Assembly (NCBI GenBank): GCA_963704945.1 | Contig: CAVPII010000014.1 | Coordinates: 22,463 to 86,462, forward strand | DNA: 64,000 nt | Direction of reading: 5' to 3' | Source of the DNA: an uncultured cyanobacterium | GTDB lineage: Bacteria > Cyanobacteriota > Cyanobacteriia > Cyanobacteriales > Microcystaceae | Shown here: one piece after another, positions 63,415 to 64,000 of the stretch | Layout of the letters: each line of letters starts with the position of its first letter | Numbering within the stretch: position 1 is the stretch's first letter | The notes under the pieces: model-generated | Database searches by the model: none | Seen by the model: only the letters and a program-made list of their open reading frames with translations | What the model was told of the DNA's origin: nothing | Program-made: the position numbers and the translations under genes

Positions 63415-64000
63415 TTAAAGTTCATTTAGCTTTTGTCTCAACATTTCTAATTCAAAATCAACAATAGAATCTTCTTCAATATCAAAGTCACTAGAATTTT
63501 TAAGTCTTTCTAAAACCATCAGATGTTTCTTTAACATATTCATCAAAGAATTTTGATTATCAAGCTGAATAGTTAGACTATCTAATAAATTTTTAGTTGT
63601 TGCTTCACTAGAAAGAGCTATGGTTGCGGCATTTGTTTCTCCCTTTGCCATAAATTCTAGGGCTTGAACATGAAAAGATTCTGCTTTTTTCTCATATTCT
63701 GAATATTGAGATTTTATTATTTTGTATTGTTTCTCCGCTTGATTGATATTTGTATTGAATTTCTTCTATTGCTTTTCTGAGTGCCTGCTTCTAATCAATA
63801 ATTCTTGCTCTAGAAGGGATGATCGAGGAAAAATCAGGTCATTTTTTGACAATCTCCTGTTGCAATTTACAACCTCAATATCTTGAAAAGCAGTAGATTA
63901 CATCTTTTTCTTCTGTCTTATTAGGTTCCACTTGTTCAAAGTCCTCTAAAACTTTTGATAGCTCTACTGAAGCAGAAGAGACGCTGATATTGAAGCAAGC
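63415..64000 (-). CDS. 3' part of a gene ending in a PspA/IM30-like coiled coil, frameshifted and cut by the window edge
   Basis: Reading upstream of ORF 63415..63651 gives EKKAESFHVQALEFMAKGETNAATIAL..LTIQLDNQ..LKKHLMVLE and a tail VDFELEMLRQKLNEL. Confidence 0.4.

Larger units (their letters stand above)
1..64000. repeat. HIP1 palindrome GCGATCGC dispersed through the backbone
   Basis: Many occurrences (e.g. near 308, 622, 2868, 5209, 6555, 9547, 24222, 35972, 50563). Visibly scarce in 17.1-23 kb, 45-48.4 kb, the IS copies and 62-64 kb. Confidence 0.9.

Overview
Chromosomal DNA of a Synechocystis-like cyanobacterium: about 47-50% GC by eye, dense HIP1 GCGATCGC sites, and many proteins that look like close orthologues of PCC 6803 proteins (recognised from memory, not by search). 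The backbone carries bioD, queA, ndhR/ccmR-nhaS1, pilD, lnt, pilA1/pilA2, labA, pgm, kaiABC, hypF, a GH116 hydrolase, serS, slt with a sensor kinase, squalene synthase, and cad-ald. At least ten genes are split by single-base indels, mostly in homopolymers, which points to long-read assembly error rather than real pseudogenes. Mobile DNA includes four IS200/IS605-family elements: two near-identical 1345-bp tnpB-only copies with target TTAT, one full tnpA/tnpB element with target CTAC, and a 217-bp gene-less element that appears to keep only the two ends plus an omegaRNA scaffold. There is also a degenerate left end and a 123-bp TIR MITE. Other accessory features: (1) an AT-rich pilin and methyltransferase cassette; (2) a PD-(D/E)XK / DUF29 / Rpn cluster beside a lone Xer-type recombinase with an 11-6-11 dif-like site just upstream and a convergent RHH gene; (3) a solitary AT-rich Dna2-like nuclease-helicase; (4) an AT-rich right edge with a Uma2 nuclease and a PspA/Vipp1-like fragment. 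No rRNA, tRNA or CRISPR array was seen.
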